From: Octopus vulgaris
Taxonomy: Eukaryota
Assembly: GCA_951406725.2 (NCBI GenBank)
Contig: OX597819.1
Coordinates: 78,988,001-79,052,000, forward strand
Length of the DNA: 64,000 nucleotides
Direction of reading: 5' to 3'
How positions within the stretch are numbered: the first letter of the stretch is position 1; each line of letters starts with the position of its first letter. The position numbers and the translations under genes were made by a program. The notes below the pieces were generated by a model. That model ran no database searches. It was not told the DNA's origin and was given only the letters and a program-made list of their open reading frames with translations. Below, in pieces: positions 1-14,400 of the stretch.

Positions 1-1485
1 ATAATAATAAGAAGAAGAAGAATGTTTCAGATTTTGGCACAAGGCCAGTAACTTTGGGGGTGTGTGTAGGTCAATTACATCAACCTTAGCGCTCAACTGG
101 TACTTCAGAAAGGATGAAACCATTGTCAACTTCAGTGGAATTTGAACTCAGAACATACTTGTTTTTTGGCTGGGTTTCTACAGCTGGATGCCCTTCTGTC
201 TACCAAATCCACTCCCAAGGCTTTGTTTGGCCCTGGGACTATAATACCAGACATTTACCCAGGCTGCCACCCAGTGTGACTGAACCTGAGAACACATGGT
301 TGGGAAACAACCTTCTTAACCATACGGCCAGAACTGCTCCTGTTTTTGTACCTTTGATTACAGGTCCTGCTCAATCTGGATTTTCTCCACGAGTTAAGCA
401 ATAATTGCTACTATTACTACTACCACCAAGTATGACTATCACCTCTGTAATCACTATGGCAATTACTACAACACTGCTTATAGTCACTACTCCTCTAGAA
501 TCACTATCACAGATATTATTATTAACTACTCTTACAATCACTACCAATGTGATCTCCACTACTTTTATTATCACCACCTCCATAGCCAACACCAACACCA
601 TCATCACTATCACAGTAGCTATAATGCTACTAACACCAGCACTGCCGTAGAAAGCGCCACGACCACCTCTTAAATTTACTACCACGTTAACCATCACTAC
701 TAAATTACAAGTACTAGTACTGCTACTACTACTACTACTAACAACAACAATTACCTCTACTAAATAATTGCTAATGCCGCCACTATACCACCATCACCGC
801 CACCACCAGTACACCATAATCATCATCAGCATCGCTACCACCATCACCATCGGCTTCAGAAATACCACCAACACCATCATTGCTATCACTAGCACCACCC
901 CAATCACCATCATCATCACTACACCCACCACTGCTGCCACCATCATCATCACTACTACCACCTCCATCATCGCTACAACCACCACCACCATCATCACTGA
1001 TATCATCATCATCATCATTGCTACCACTACTAACTCTAGTTTCACTATGGAGCATATAAAAATGGCGTTTATCTTTGCTTGATAAATTTATGGCTTTAGG
1101 ATTGATTGATGGCCAGTGTGATGTGCTGGTGGTGGCGATGGTGGTGGTGTGTGACAGTGTAGTTGTGTGCTGTGCTCTGTGTGTGTGTGCGTACGGCGTA
1201 ATGTGCTATATTGTATGTGTGTGAGTGTAGTATTGCGATGCTTGTGTGAGTGCATGTAGTTTTGTGTATTAGCACTGTGTGTGTGTATCTTTGCGTGTAT
1301 ATGTATTTGGGTTTTATCATGAGCTAGCGTATGCGTGTAGTGTGAGTGTACGGACGTGTGTATGTCATGTAAATTTGCGTTCGGTGTATGTTTATAAGTG
1401 TGTGTGTGTGTGTGTTTGTATGATGATCTGTACAGACACGTGTATGTTGTGTGAGTTTTGTATTTGCTATATGTTTGTATGTATG

Positions 1486-1523
<38 letters not shown>

Positions 1524-2267
1524 ATACATGTGTATGTGTTTGATGTATGTGTATACCTGGTGTATGTTGTGTGAATTTGTATTTACTGTATGTTTGTAAA
1601 TATGCGTATTCATGTAATATGTGTGTGCGTATGTGTTTGTATGACGATCTGTACAGACACATGTGTGTGTTGTCTGAGCTTTGTATTTGCTGTATGTATG
1701 TATATATATATATATGAGTGATACATGTGTATATGTTTGATGTATGTGTATGCTTGGTGTATGCAATTGTGTGTGGTGTATGTTGTGTGAATTTGTACTT
1801 ACTGTATGTTTGTGAGTATATGTATGCATGTGATATGTGTGTTTGTATGATGATGTATGCTGTTGTGTGAGGTGTCTGCACGTGCAAGTGAGTCTGCATT
1901 GGCAGCATAGAATGAAGGGGACAGCTTATATTAGTGTATGCATATGACATGTGCTGACTGCTCTGTTTTACATCTGGTTTGCGTGTGTCTGTGTGTTGTT
2001 GTTGTTGTGTAAAGTGGATTACTAGGTCAGTGTGTGTGTGTGTGTTATGTGAGAGTATATTTGTATAAAGGTAATATGGATGTGTGTCTGGTATTCCGTG
2101 TCTTAATACATAAGGTGTATCAAAACTGCTTTAGGTGTGTATGTGTGTGTGTGTGCCTGTATGTGTCTTGTAACTAATCCTGTCACTTGGAATAAATGAA
2201 AAATCCCATGTCTGACTTGTTTGAAATTGATCTGAAAAATGGTATAGTGCTGGTGGTGGCAGTGATT

Positions 2268-2309
<42 letters not shown>

Positions 2310-5300
2310 TTGCTTGTCATAGTAGTTGTAAGTGTTATGATTGTGATGGTAGTGACGGCAGTGGTGGTGGAATAGTTTTTTTTTGGTAGTAGTGATCATA
2401 ACAATCCTTGTAGTTGTTATAATGGTTGTGGTGGTTCTGGTTGTGTTGTGGTGGTGTCAGTATTTATGAGGATGGGGATTATTGAAGTAGTAGCAGTATC
2501 CATTAGAGTATACTCTGTGGTGGCTGTGGTTGAGGCTGTAGTAGTAGTAGTAACAGTAGTGGTAGTGGTGCTGGTGGTCATGGAAGGAATAGCCATAGTG
2601 GCCGATACTATGAGTTATTACAGTAGTGGTGGTCAGTATAGTGCTTATTGTAGTAGTAGTAGTAGTGGTGGTGGTGGTAGTTGTAGTAATAGTGGTGGTG
2701 GTAGTTAATTGTGATGGTGCTGGTAAGGATCATGACAGTTATATTGGTGATATGATACTTATTACTGTTGTAGATAGCATTGGCCATGGCAGGAGCGGTG
2801 AGGTTATTGTCATGGTGATGTTTGTTTTACAGTAGTTGTTCGTGTTACATTTTGACCCTAGATCAACCCTGACTGTTGCTGACCTATATATAGCCAAAAA
2901 GCTTTTTATACTTGTAACCATCTTGTCTTTTCTAGAAGCACTTGCTGCATCCATATCTACATCATCTAATGTGGTTTTTATCTTAATGACATTTGACCCT
3001 TTAGCATTTAAACTGGCCATATTGGACCCAAATATTCAAATTGTTTTATGCTAAAACTATCGAGGTCTGGTCTTTCATACCTACCCTGCAATGTCATTCT
3101 AAAAATAAACAATCACATCAAAGCTATGATTATTTCAAAATATCTCTAACTGTGGAGGGACCTGTGGAAGATGTGGGAGAAGGTGGTGAAGTATGATCTT
3201 TGGGTGTTGAGTTTCACAGAAGTGATGTCAAGTGATTAAGACCTTTGGTGATTTTCTGTGCTTAAGAAGACACTTTGAGCTAAGTGAAATCATAGTTGTG
3301 GCCTGTGCTGGTGACATATAAAAGGCACCCATGTTGGTGACATGTAAAAAACACTCTGTACACTTGGTGGCGTAGTTGGCATTAGAAAAGGCAGCCAACC
3401 ATAGAAACCAAGCCAAAACATACTTCAGTCTGGTACACTCTGTGGAGTGGTTGGCATTAGGAAGAGCATTTAGCCATTGAGACCAAGCCAATATGGACTG
3501 GAATCTGGTTCCCTCTGTGGAGTGGTTGGCATTAAGAAGGGCATCCAGCCATAGAAACCAAAGCCAAAATAGACTGGATTCTGGTGCAGCTCTCCAGCTT
3601 ACCAGCCCGTTAAACTGTCTTATCCATGCTAACATGGAAACACACACTAAATTATGAAAATGATGAATTTTTACAAAACAATGCGAATAAATAAGCATTA
3701 CATTTCACATTGTAATCTGTTAAGTAATCTGTTAAAGTAACACTTTACGCATAGTAAAGTGTTAAAGCAAATTGGGAGTATTCCAGGAACATACACACTG
3801 TAAATGCAGTTCCCAGGCTGACTCAAGTCATACTCAGTGTGCTTGTGGCAAGGCTGTACCTTTTAAATAACAGATGCAATCCATCTGACTTACAGATGCA
3901 ATCCATCTATACAGCATCCATCCACCCATTCTCACTCATAAGTTAGAAGTCAGCCTGAGACTGGTGGAAAGGAGTCTTTCTTGCCCAATATACCACACAG
4001 TGGGATTGAACCCCAGATGACATAGTTATGATGTTATCTTCTTAACCATTTGGCCATACTGTGCCGACTGTTTATAATAGTATACAATTTTGAAGCAAAT
4101 GCAGCAGAAGTGCTCCAGGTCAATCAAATTTCCATGTGGTTTAAATGTACAGGCCTCCAATATTCAAGTAACTAGAAAGTTTCAACAGGAGGGCACCCAA
4201 GAGTTGTGACTTGAATGCTGCCTCCATCTCCTTAGAGTGTAATAAGTTAAGGGTTGAAACCATCTCCTGAGCTGGGGGATTCTTCTCTGAAGGGCCTCAA
4301 CTGTTCAACTCACTTGAGAGTTTCTTACCACTAGTTATTGTGAGAAAAGAAAGGCAATATTCAATAAAGAGATTAAGCTGTTAGTTTTTGGAGGTTTAGT
4401 GACCTTGTGGAGGTACTCCCTGCCGCCATTGATAGCTTGTTATAGTATTTGTATTGGTTGTTGTAGGTCGTAGTTGTTTTCATTGCAATGATGATGATGA
4501 TGATGGTGGTAATGAGAGTGGTGGTTGAGGTGGTGGTGGTGGTGGTTAGTGTTTTTGTGATAAGGATCATTATGGTATTTATTACCGCAGTGGTGGGGGT
4601 GTTGTGGGTGGGCAGCAGAGGTAGTCACTGAGGTTGGTAGTGTTCATTGTAGTAGTGATGTTTATTTAGGAATTATTGTGTTGCTAATTATAGTATAGCA
4701 ATTGCTTTTGTTCTTAGTGGTAGAGGAGCTAGTAGTAGTCAGGATTGTTGTTGTTATAACTATTGTTTGTTTATTTTTTTTTTATTTATTCTACTGATAT
4801 TTTGATTCAGTCAAATGATAGGATTTGTTTATAAAAATATAAGAATAAAATCTAAAAGAAAAGATTTATTGTTGTTGTTGTTATAAATAGTTGTGAATGG
4901 GATCAATATAATCAACTTTACTTCCCCACCCCTCCTCTTTAATTTGTGGCTTTGTGTCTGTGTTATTTGAAATCATTATTTGAATTGTTAGTGCGTCAGA
5001 TAAAATGCCTTGTGGCAGTTTCTTTTTATTCTCTATATGCTGAGTTCAAATGCCTCAGAGGTCATCTTTGCCTTGCCTATTTCTGTAGCCTTCCAAGTTA
5101 GAAAAAAAAAAGAAAATAAAAGTCCAGTACTAAGTTTAATTTAATTGACCCATTCCCCGAAAACTTCTGGTTTTGTAGCTCAACGTCAACCAAGGCTTCA
5201 TCACTTCCTGAAGGAGGAACTCCTCCTTGGACTCCTTCTACTCCTGTCTGTCTCTGGCTAGTCAAGCCCATGTAGGCCCTAGGTAGTGGATGAAATCACC

Positions 5301-5318
5301 TTGCCATCTTATCTTTGG

Positions 5319-5547
5319 TTAACTCTTTAGCATTTAAACCGGCCATATCCGGCCAAAAATATTCTACCTGTTTTATGTTCAAACTAGCACTATCTGGTCT
5401 CTCACACCAACCCTACAATATTGTTTAAAAAATTAACAGCTACCTCATCAAAATCTCATAGCTACAAAATAATGCATGATTAGTTCAAAACAATGTGGAT
5501 GAAGAAGCATTAATTTTGGCAGAATAATGCGAACACTAAAGGGTTGA
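5319..5547. mobile_element. piggyBac-type MITE (TTAA target, TIR resembling CCCTTTAG)
   Basis: ttaactctttagcatt...cactaaagggttga. Other copies at about 2993-3730 (interrupted), 21723-21940, 39136-39313, 43360-43535 and 50584-50795. Confidence 0.75.
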
Positions 5548-5599
5548 CCTCTTGATCATGTCTATTGTCTTAGTATCTATTCCATCCATGTCCAGCATC

Positions 5600-5770
5600 A
5601 CAAGAAAACCGATGCCTGGATTCATCAGCACATGAGAGTCAGTACATCATAGGAACAATCAAAGAGAACAAATATAGAAGGGCTGGCCACATTGCATGAC
5701 TGAAGGACAACAGATGGACAGTCAAGGTGACAGGTTCTGTACCATAAAATTAGAAATAGTCAAGGGCAGT
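5600..5770 (+). pseudogene. RTE-clade LINE ORF C-terminal fragment
   Basis: Translates to ..KYRRAGHIA*LKDNRWTVKV.., resembling the RTE WAGH..R..D.RW motif. Confidence 0.65.
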
Positions 5771-6232
5771 GAATTGGTAGAATCCTGAGTATCAGAGAAG
5801 AAAACCTTGTGTTGTTCTCTACAGCTCTTTTTATGTTCTAAGTTGAAATCCTGTTGAGGTCAACTTGCCTTTCATCCTTTCAGGAGTCAATAAAATAAAG
5901 TACCAGTTAAGTACTGGGGTTGAAATAATCTCTATTCTCCTAAAATTACTGACTTTGTGCTCTGAGCATTATTTGACTTGTTGAGTTATATTGAAATTGC
6001 TGTTGTTGCGTGTTGGACAAATCTATCAACTGAGTCCATTCTGGTGGTTACCCCATCACCTACCTTTAACAAGGTAAGGCATGTTGTGTTCCTGTGTTTA
6101 ATGACTGTGGCAAGTGAGATTATGTGGTTGACAAGACTGAAAGTGTTGAGGACAGTCATCTTCCTCCTTAGTCAAACCTAAGTTCCACTTGGAAAGGCAA
6201 GTGAAGGTGAAGAGTGAAGTGCCCTCTCTCGC

Positions 6233-6279
<47 letters not shown>

Positions 6280-6625
6280 GACTCTTCCGGAGTGATGAAG
6301 CTCTTGGCTGATTGTAGTAAAAAAGGCTTTATGTGAATGGACCTGCTCTAAGTATGCACCTGTAGATTGAAGAACAACAATTAGGGGATCACTTATGTCC
6401 TATACTGGATCTGTGAGATTCTTTGATTAGCTCTAGGTGGAAATTCTCCTATATCAAGAGAACTGCATCATATTTTGTATACACTGTATACTTTAATCTC
6501 ATTTGTCTGTCTTTTCCCTTTTTTCTCATTTTTTATGTAAATCCCCCTCACAAACTGCCTTTGTATTGTCCCCCTCATCTGATATACTCCTGTGGCAAAT
6601 AAGAGAAATCATCATCATCATTATT

Positions 6626-6838
6626 AAGGTGGCAAGCTGGCATATTCATTGGCACACTGGGCAACATGCTTAGTGGCATTTCATTTGTCCTTATATTCTG
6701 AGTTCAAATTTCACCCAAGTCAACTTTGCCTTTCATCCTTTCAGGCTTGCTAAAGTAAGTACCAGTTGAGCACAGGGGTCAGTGTAATTGACTTACCCCA
6801 TCTTCCAAAATTGCTGGCCTTGTGCCAAAATTTGAACA
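6626..6838 (+). mobile_element. tRNA-derived SINE family C
   Basis: aaggtggcaagctggca...gagttcaaat...gtcaactttgcctttcatccttt...; further decayed copies near 1-150(-), 4980, 5770, 7990, 10190, 29210, 45060 and 51908. Confidence 0.8.
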
Positions 6839-6854
6839 TATTAGCAACTTCATT

Positions 6855-7400
6855 TGTCCTTACCTATTATTGTTATGTCTGGTCTATTATTTTCTAACTT
6901 CTTGTCCATTTGAATTCGAGAGTTCCACAAAATCTTACAATTCTCTGACTCCAGCACTCTTTCAACCTAATGTTCTCCAGCTTCAAATCCCCATTTCTGG
7001 CAAAGCTTCCAGTGTAAAACTTTTATTATTTTTATTATTTGGTCATGCTTCCATTTCTTATATTCTTCCTGTGCCAACTTGGGACATTCTGCAACAATGT
7101 GTGTCACTGTCTTCTTCCAAGTTTGTCAGACTCTACGTTTTTCTGACACATTCTTCCCATATACATTTTCCCTCAAATTGTTAGTTTTTATCGTTTGATC
7201 CTCGGCTGTTACAATTTTGACTCTCTGTTTCTTTTTAATTGCCCTTTTTTTTTTTTTTTTTTTTTTTTAGCTAAGTCCAGGATTTTGTTCCGCATACATC
7301 TTCAATGGCCCTCCAAAATTAACCATGCAGAGATTTCTTATCAATCTATCTAACATGCTCTCTTTAAAAGTCATACTTGTCCTTTTCTCCTATTCCATTA
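6855..7400 (-). pseudogene. R4/Dong-like non-LTR retrotransposon fragment (zinc knuckle to restriction-like endonuclease)
   Basis: Minus-strand peptides AECPKLAQEEYKKWKHD and ENCKILWNSRIQMDKKLENNRPDITII. Confidence 0.75.
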
Positions 7401-8419
7401 GCTCTTTCTTACAATAAGTACATGTAAAGCAAAATTTTTTTCAGGGATTCTTTGAAATATTATTACAGATCCCCAATTTACTATTTTGCTTGCAAGGACC
7501 CCACCCCACAAAAATGAAATCTTATTTGGATCCCGGCTGAGAACCACTGCTCTACATGTTTATCCAACTAATTAGAAATAGCAGTCAAATCTGCCTCAAG
7601 CCACACTTTTTTTTAAAAATTGTAATGATATATTAGTGTTGTTCTACATATCTTTGAACAGACCGGACTGTCACTGTTGGAGCTCATTTCTTCATAGATC
7701 TGCTTGATTAGGATCAGCCTGGTGCTAACTATTAATAACACCAGTCAATATTATGTCATTTTTTGTTTTTTGTTTTCAATAGAGAGCATATGTTAATAAA
7801 ATTATCACTAGCAATTTATTATGGATCAATTCAATTGTGTGCTTGTTGTGTTCATAGAATCTCTTTTACATTACCTCTCTGTCTATTGTATTAACTCTGT
7901 TGCTCACACACATGCACACACTTTTCTTTCTTCCGCCCTCCCTCTCTCTCTAAAAATTAGCTTTCTGTCTTTAATCAGAACTCTTCAAATTGGCAGAATT
8001 GCTAAAATATCAAAAAAATGATTTCTTTCCATTTTGAGTTCAAATTTCTCCAAGGTCAACTTTGCCTTCCATCCTTCCAAGACTGATAACAAAGTACCAG
8101 TCATGTGTTGAGGTCAACTACTCTCTGTACCCTGAAAATCGCTGGCTTTGTGTCTAAAACAGAAACATTTATTCCTATTTAGACTGTACATTGTAAAAAT
8201 TTAGCCTATTTTTTTTCAAGTCAGAAGGTTTTTGTATTGTTGTTAAGTCTGTAGGAGAACAAGATATTTCGGCATTGCTGATACAACGCTGACTTATTTG
8301 ACCGCAGACATTTTGATCCTCTTCTCTCTCTCTCTCTCTTTTTCTCCATCTCTTCTTCTCCCTCTCTCTACTCCCTCTCTTTTCTTTCTCCCTCCTCCAG
8401 CTTCTCTTCTCTCTCTGAA

Positions 8420-8755
8420 TTTTTAGTCAAATGAATTGACCCCAGTACTTATGTTTTTTAAAGCCAGGTACTTATTTTATCATTCACTTTTGCTGAACCA
8501 CTAAGTTACAGGGACGTAAACATACAAACACTGGTTATCAAGTGGTGATAGAAGGACAAACAAACACAAAGACATACGTGCATTTGCACATACACTTGAC
8601 AGGCTTCTTTCAGTTTCTGCCTACCAAATCCACTCACAAGACTTTGGTAGGCCCAAGGCTATTGCAGATAACACTTGCCCAAAGTGCCACACCGTGAGAC
8701 TAGACCCGGAACCATGTGGTTGGGAAGCAAGCTTTTTACCACACAGCTACACCTA
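8420..8755 (-). mobile_element. SINE family A
   Basis: Reverse-complement match to 15670-16082. Confidence 0.85.
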
Positions 8756-9217
8756 CCCTCAAAAAAAAAAAAAAATTATGGCTTTGTACCCATGTCAGAA
8801 ATCCTTATTATCATCACAATTATGTATGAGGGGTTAAGTGGAATTAATAGGTAGATATTTCAGGTTGATCTACATATTTTGGCAGTGTTGAATTTGGTGG
8901 TTTATGTGTCATGTCGATGAGCAAATCTCTTTGACGTCACTCTTTACTGGAGCGAGAGAATAGACACTGGGTTATTGCTGCTGATATTGTCTTCTGCTAA
9001 TGTTGCTGCTGCTGCTACAGGTACCTCACCTCGGAGATATAGAGATAAGGTACCTATGGTGTATTTATTCCAGGGTCTCGTGCTCTGAAACATGAGGTGC
9101 ATAGTTTAATGGTGTGAAGTGTGAAGATACTGGTGCTATTTAGTGTTACATATATGTATGCATACATACACACACACACACGCTTATCCATGCATACATA
9201 TATACACACACACACAT

Positions 9218-9250
<33 letters not shown>

Positions 9251-10374
9251 CATACTTACACAGATACCTACATGTGCAGACACGCATATACACTCACACA
9301 CATGAACGCATATACATACACACACATGCAGACACATATACACACACATTACATTAGCTCTCTCTTTCTTTTCCTCTCTTATATGAGCGCTGTTTGCTCT
9401 TATTCTAAAGTGAAGATAGTGAAACGATGGCAGATACTGTCAGTCATGCCATTGATATGTCATGGACACCTGACTTCATTGATTCTATAGCTTTGCTACC
9501 TTCAATCCTTTTTCCTTGCCCTGGACCTTTATTCCATCTCACCACCACCACCACAACCACCACCATCATCTGTCTCCCTTTACCTTTTAGCTATTATGAT
9601 AATGTAGCGTCACTTTATCTTCTCACATGCACACACAAACACACACACACTCACACACATGTACATAGGCAAGCATGCACATGCATTCGCATCTACACTT
9701 GCTTGTCTTTATCCTGGAAAATTTTTTCCTTCCTGTAACACTAATAATGTTGATACACGCATTGCACGTTTTCTCTCTCTTTCTCTCTCTCTCCCTCTCT
9801 CTCTCCCTCTCTCTCACACATGCACACATACACAAGCATGCATGCTGTGCATGTGTACAGTGTAAGAAAGCCTGATAATATATAGACATGGTTGATTTAT
9901 GTGTGCGTGAGAGGTTAGATGGAGAAAAAAAAAATAGGAGTAGCGAGCGGATGTTGTTGATTTTCCACTGTCTATTCTAATGGTTCTTATATGTCTTCTT
10001 CTTCATCTTGCCCTCACCTTTTCCACTACTGGACTTCGGGAAAATGCTCTCAATTGACCTCTATTAACGATATCTTCAATTTCTGTAGAGATCTTCACAT
10101 ACCACCTATCCCCGCTTTTTTTTTATTATTATTTTATCTTCTGAAGCGACAATGATGTTCTTCTGGCTTTTTCGTTGAAACAGATGCGGACAAAATTATT
10201 TGCAGAGGAGCTATATAGTTACATACTTATATAGTCTAAGTTCAAACCTTGCCAACGTTCTAATTGCCTTTCAGTTTTTAGAGGTCAGTGCAATAAAGTA
10301 CCAGTCAAGTACTGTGCGTTGATATAACTGACTTTATCACCCAACTCAAATGTGTGGTCGTGTGTTCATGTTAA

Positions 10375-11087
10375 ATTCCCAATAAGTTATGAATACCCAA
10401 ATTTTGAAGTTAGTTATGTAATAACATGAAATTAGTTACCCGATAGTAAGAATTCAAATAAATAGGCCCGGAAAGGGCTTTAATGCATTCCCAGAGTATA
10501 TAGAACTTAGGAGGAAATACTAATAAGGTATGTATACTAAAATCGTGAAGCATGTTACGTAATAATAGGCTAATCAGGTATGAGTTAATAACAATTCAAA
10601 GTAAATAACTCTGAAAAAGGCTTTTGTGCATTCCCAGAGAATATTACCCTCAGGGACACTAGTGTTGGTATATTCATGAATAAGTCACTAACCAAAACAA
10701 GTGGATCTATTGTTTAGGAAAATGCTATTTACTTGTTTAAAGGTTGTACTAGATAAATTGCGAAAATAACTATAACAGTTCAAATACTCAGAAATAAGCA
10801 TACTCAATTTGATTTATACCAAATGATTTAGGAAAATGAATGGGTTATATATATATATATAAGGATGCTTTATAGATATATATATGTATAGATATATATA
10901 TATAAGGATGCTTTCTAGGGGCCCTATTATCAATTTTTTTCAACAATCTGAGTATGCCATGAGGTTTCTAGACATGAGTTGTAATCATGTGTCAAGTTTC
11001 ATCAAAATTGATAAAATGATGTAGGAGGTTTTAGCTAACAACTCCTCAAACACACAGACAGACAAAATTTCCCACATATGTAGTAGA
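10375..11087 (-). mobile_element. Probable non-autonomous Helitron-like element
   Basis: Minus strand begins a|tctactac..gtctgtctgtgtg..ttttgatgaaactt, typical of such elements; the 3' end is not resolved. Confidence 0.5.
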
Positions 11088-11141
11088 TAATATAATGTAA
11101 TATATATATATATATATATTTTATACATTTTATATTCTGTA

Positions 11142-11186
<45 letters not shown>

Positions 11187-12409
11187 ATGTATGTATATAT
11201 GTATATAAATGTGTGTGTACATATATTCATATACTTGCACACACATATACACATGTGTATATACTTGCATATCTATGTTATGTGTGAGAATGACAGGTAG
11301 ATATGGAGAGAGACAGGGAATGGATGGACCTTTTTGTGAGTGTGTATGGCTGCTTCCATAACATGTCTTCAATTAATAAACAGGAAGTTCTATAGTCAGC
11401 AAACGGAGCAGAGACTGGAGGAAGGCGGGTAAGGTGTATATAGTGTATGGATGCAGATATCAGAGTGTCTGGAGTAGGGTAGGACTGAGGCAGTAACGAG
11501 CAGAGCATGGTAGTAAGATACGAAAGTGTGGTGTACAGAGCAGATGTTGGAGGTATAAAGTACAGTCAGTGAGTGGAGCAGAGGTAAGATGTAAAGGTAG
11601 GGAGTTTGTGAAGGATGTAGAGATGCAGAGATTGGCAGGGAGGAGTGTAGTGTTTGGAGGCATGGAGCAGAGCAGGGTTTAAGTATGGTGTGCAACACAC
11701 ACACACACACGTTCAGCATGTTTAACAAGCGCTAAATTACTAATGCTGATTTTGCATATTGTCATCTTTTGTCTCTTCACTTTAATATTTATGTATTCTA
11801 ACATCAGATCTTTCACAGCATTTGTGGTGGTGGTGGTGGTGGTGGTGGAGGGGGCAGTGGTGGCAACAAGAAATGTCCTTTGTTGGTCATATTTCTAATT
11901 GTTGTCGATTGTATTGGTATTTGTGGGTGGTGATGGTAGTGGTGGTGTAGTAGTGGGAGGGGGGATATTGAAGGTGAAGTAATAGTGGTAATGCTTGATT
12001 AACTGGTGGGTGGTGGGGGGGTTGAAGGTGAAGTAATAATAATAATGCTTGATTCACTGGTGGTGTTGTCATTGGTTGTAGTGTGGGTGCTGGTGTTGCA
12101 GTGAATGAGTTCAGTGATGCTCCAGTGATTACAATCAGCATTAAAAGACATTACCTATGAGAGCATTTAATGTGCAGATGTGTGCATTTGTGTGAAATTA
12201 TGCATCTTTGTATGTGTTGTTTGTGGGCTTGCATGTGTGTGCGTGTGTTTGTATGAATGTCTGCATGGGTTTCTGCATGTGTGTTTGTGTGTGTGTACAT
12301 GGGAATATACCTGTATGTATTTATTTCTCTGTGCGTTTTTGTTTAGGAAAGTGCATAAAGAGAATGCACGTGTCACCCAGTGTTTGTGACTGTCTGTGTT
12401 ACAAAATGG

Positions 12410-12800
12410 TTGTGTGTGTGTATGTGTCCACCCTTGTATGTGTGCAAGTGTGTGTGTGTCCTTGTATGTGTGCAAGTGTGTGTGTGTCCTTGTATGTGTG
12501 CTAGTGTGTATCCATCAATCCTTATACGTGTGCAAGTGTGTGTGTGTGTATGTCCTTGTATGTGTGCAAGTGTGTGTGTGTGTTTGTCCTTGTATGTGTG
12601 CTAGTGTGTATCCATCAATCCTTATACGTGTGCAAGTGTGTGTGTGTGTATGTCCTTGTATGTGTGCAAGTGTGTGTGTGTGTTTGTCCTTGTATGTGTG
12701 CTAGTGTGTATCCATGAATCCTTATATGTGTGCAAGTGTGTGTCTCCTTATATGTGTACTAGTGTGTGTGTGTGTCTTTATATGTGTGCAAGTGTGTGTG
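12410..12800. repeat. TG-rich minisatellite
   Basis: Recurring ccttgtatgtgtgc(a/t)agtgtg units, including a duplicated block of about 100 bp. Confidence 0.85.
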
Positions 12801-13592
12801 TCCTATCATGGCAAGTGTTTGTATATGTGTGTGTATATATTAAGCATCAGTTGTCAATCATTTACCTGAATTAAAGTTAGCATTTAGATGGCAGGTTTTT
12901 GAAATTTTTCATGAAACCACCATCCACCACCACCACCTCCACCACCACTTACCTTTTCTATCCTGGCTCCACCCCCACCCCTGTCATGGCCCACATATTT
13001 TGATACTCATTATATAAGTACATACACACACACGCATGCATGCACACACACCCACATGTACACTCAGAGGCTTGTACTTCCCTTATGTGTATGTGTCAGG
13101 GGCCAAGGGTCAGTGCATTTGACCCAAGTGGATGGTTCGCTTATGAGAGTGATTAAACCCTTCTGCAGCTGGTAAAGTGCTGACTTTTCACTTAATGGCC
13201 AAATGGACATCAATCGCTGCGATGCTGTTGTTGTTGGTTGTGGTGGTGGTGTTGTCATTAAGCTAAGTACACCTGTACCCCACCATCACTACCACACCTC
13301 CCTGTCCCCTTTCTCTTCCCCTTCCCACTGGAGTGCACTCGGATAGAGAACTGGTGGGAATGTTATTACACTAAGTACATCCACCCACCAACACCCATCA
13401 TCAAATCTCTGATAATGTGAAGCATCTGCCATGTAGTCATTCAGTCAGCTACAAATGTCAGCTAAATCTCCTTCAAATCACACCTTACCACCTTGGTAAA
13501 GGAAGGACATATTAGACAGTGTAATCTTTGACAGGGTGGTTATTTATGGCTTGAATGTCTTTAACCATTCCACTGCTTTTATGCATTTTATA

Positions 13593-13764
13593 GGTGCAAA
13601 CACAGCTGTGTGGTTAAGAAGCTTGCTTTGCAACCACATGATCTCTGGTTCAATCCCATTGCTTGGCATCTTGGGCAAGTGTCTTCTACTGCTGCCCTTG
13701 GCTGACCAATGCCTTCTGTGTGAATTTTAGTTGATGTTAACTGTGGAAGCCTGCTCTCTCTCTC

Positions 13765-13808
<44 letters not shown>

Positions 13809-13935
13809 TCACATTATTACTTGACAGCTGGTGTTGGTTTGTTTACATCCCTGCAATGTAACTGTTCAGTGAAAGCGACTGATTGAATAAGTACCAGACT
13901 TGAAACAAGTACCTGGGTCAGTTTGTTTGGCTAAA
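13593..13935 (+). mobile_element. SINE family A, diverged
   Basis: Head, core and partial tail match family A. Confidence 0.8.
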
Positions 13936-14054
13936 CCAGTGATTCTCAACCATTTTCATAACCTGATGAACCCTTAGTCATTCAGTATCTAAAAACTTGT
14001 ATTATATTTTTACAATTAAATATTTATTAAAGAATTATATAAAAAAAAGCAATT

Positions 14055-14400
14055 ACTCTTTTACTTGTTTCAGTCATTTGACTGCAGCCATGCTGGAGCA
14101 CCACCTTTAGTCAAATAAATTGACCCCCAGACTTATTCTTTGTAAGCCTAGTACTTATTCTATCGGTCACTTTTTGCCGAGCTGCTAAGTGATGGGGACA
14201 TAAACACACCAACATCAGTTGTCAAGCAATTGGGTAGGGACAAACACTGATACAAACAACAAATGCATACATACATGTATATATACACATATATTTATAT
14301 ACAACAGGCTTCTTTCAGTTTCCATCTACCAAATCTACTCACAAGGCTTTGGTCGGCCCGAGGCTATAGTGGAAGACACTTGCCCAAGGTACCACGCAGT
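14055..14400 (-). mobile_element. SINE family A nested in a hAT MITE
   Basis: Reverse-complement match; the 5' head is truncated. Confidence 0.85.

Noticed and set aside
10015-10105. Minus-strand open frame ending at an AG|GTGAGG donor
   Set aside because: The upstream acceptor has a purine (A) tract instead of pyrimidines; no partner exons.
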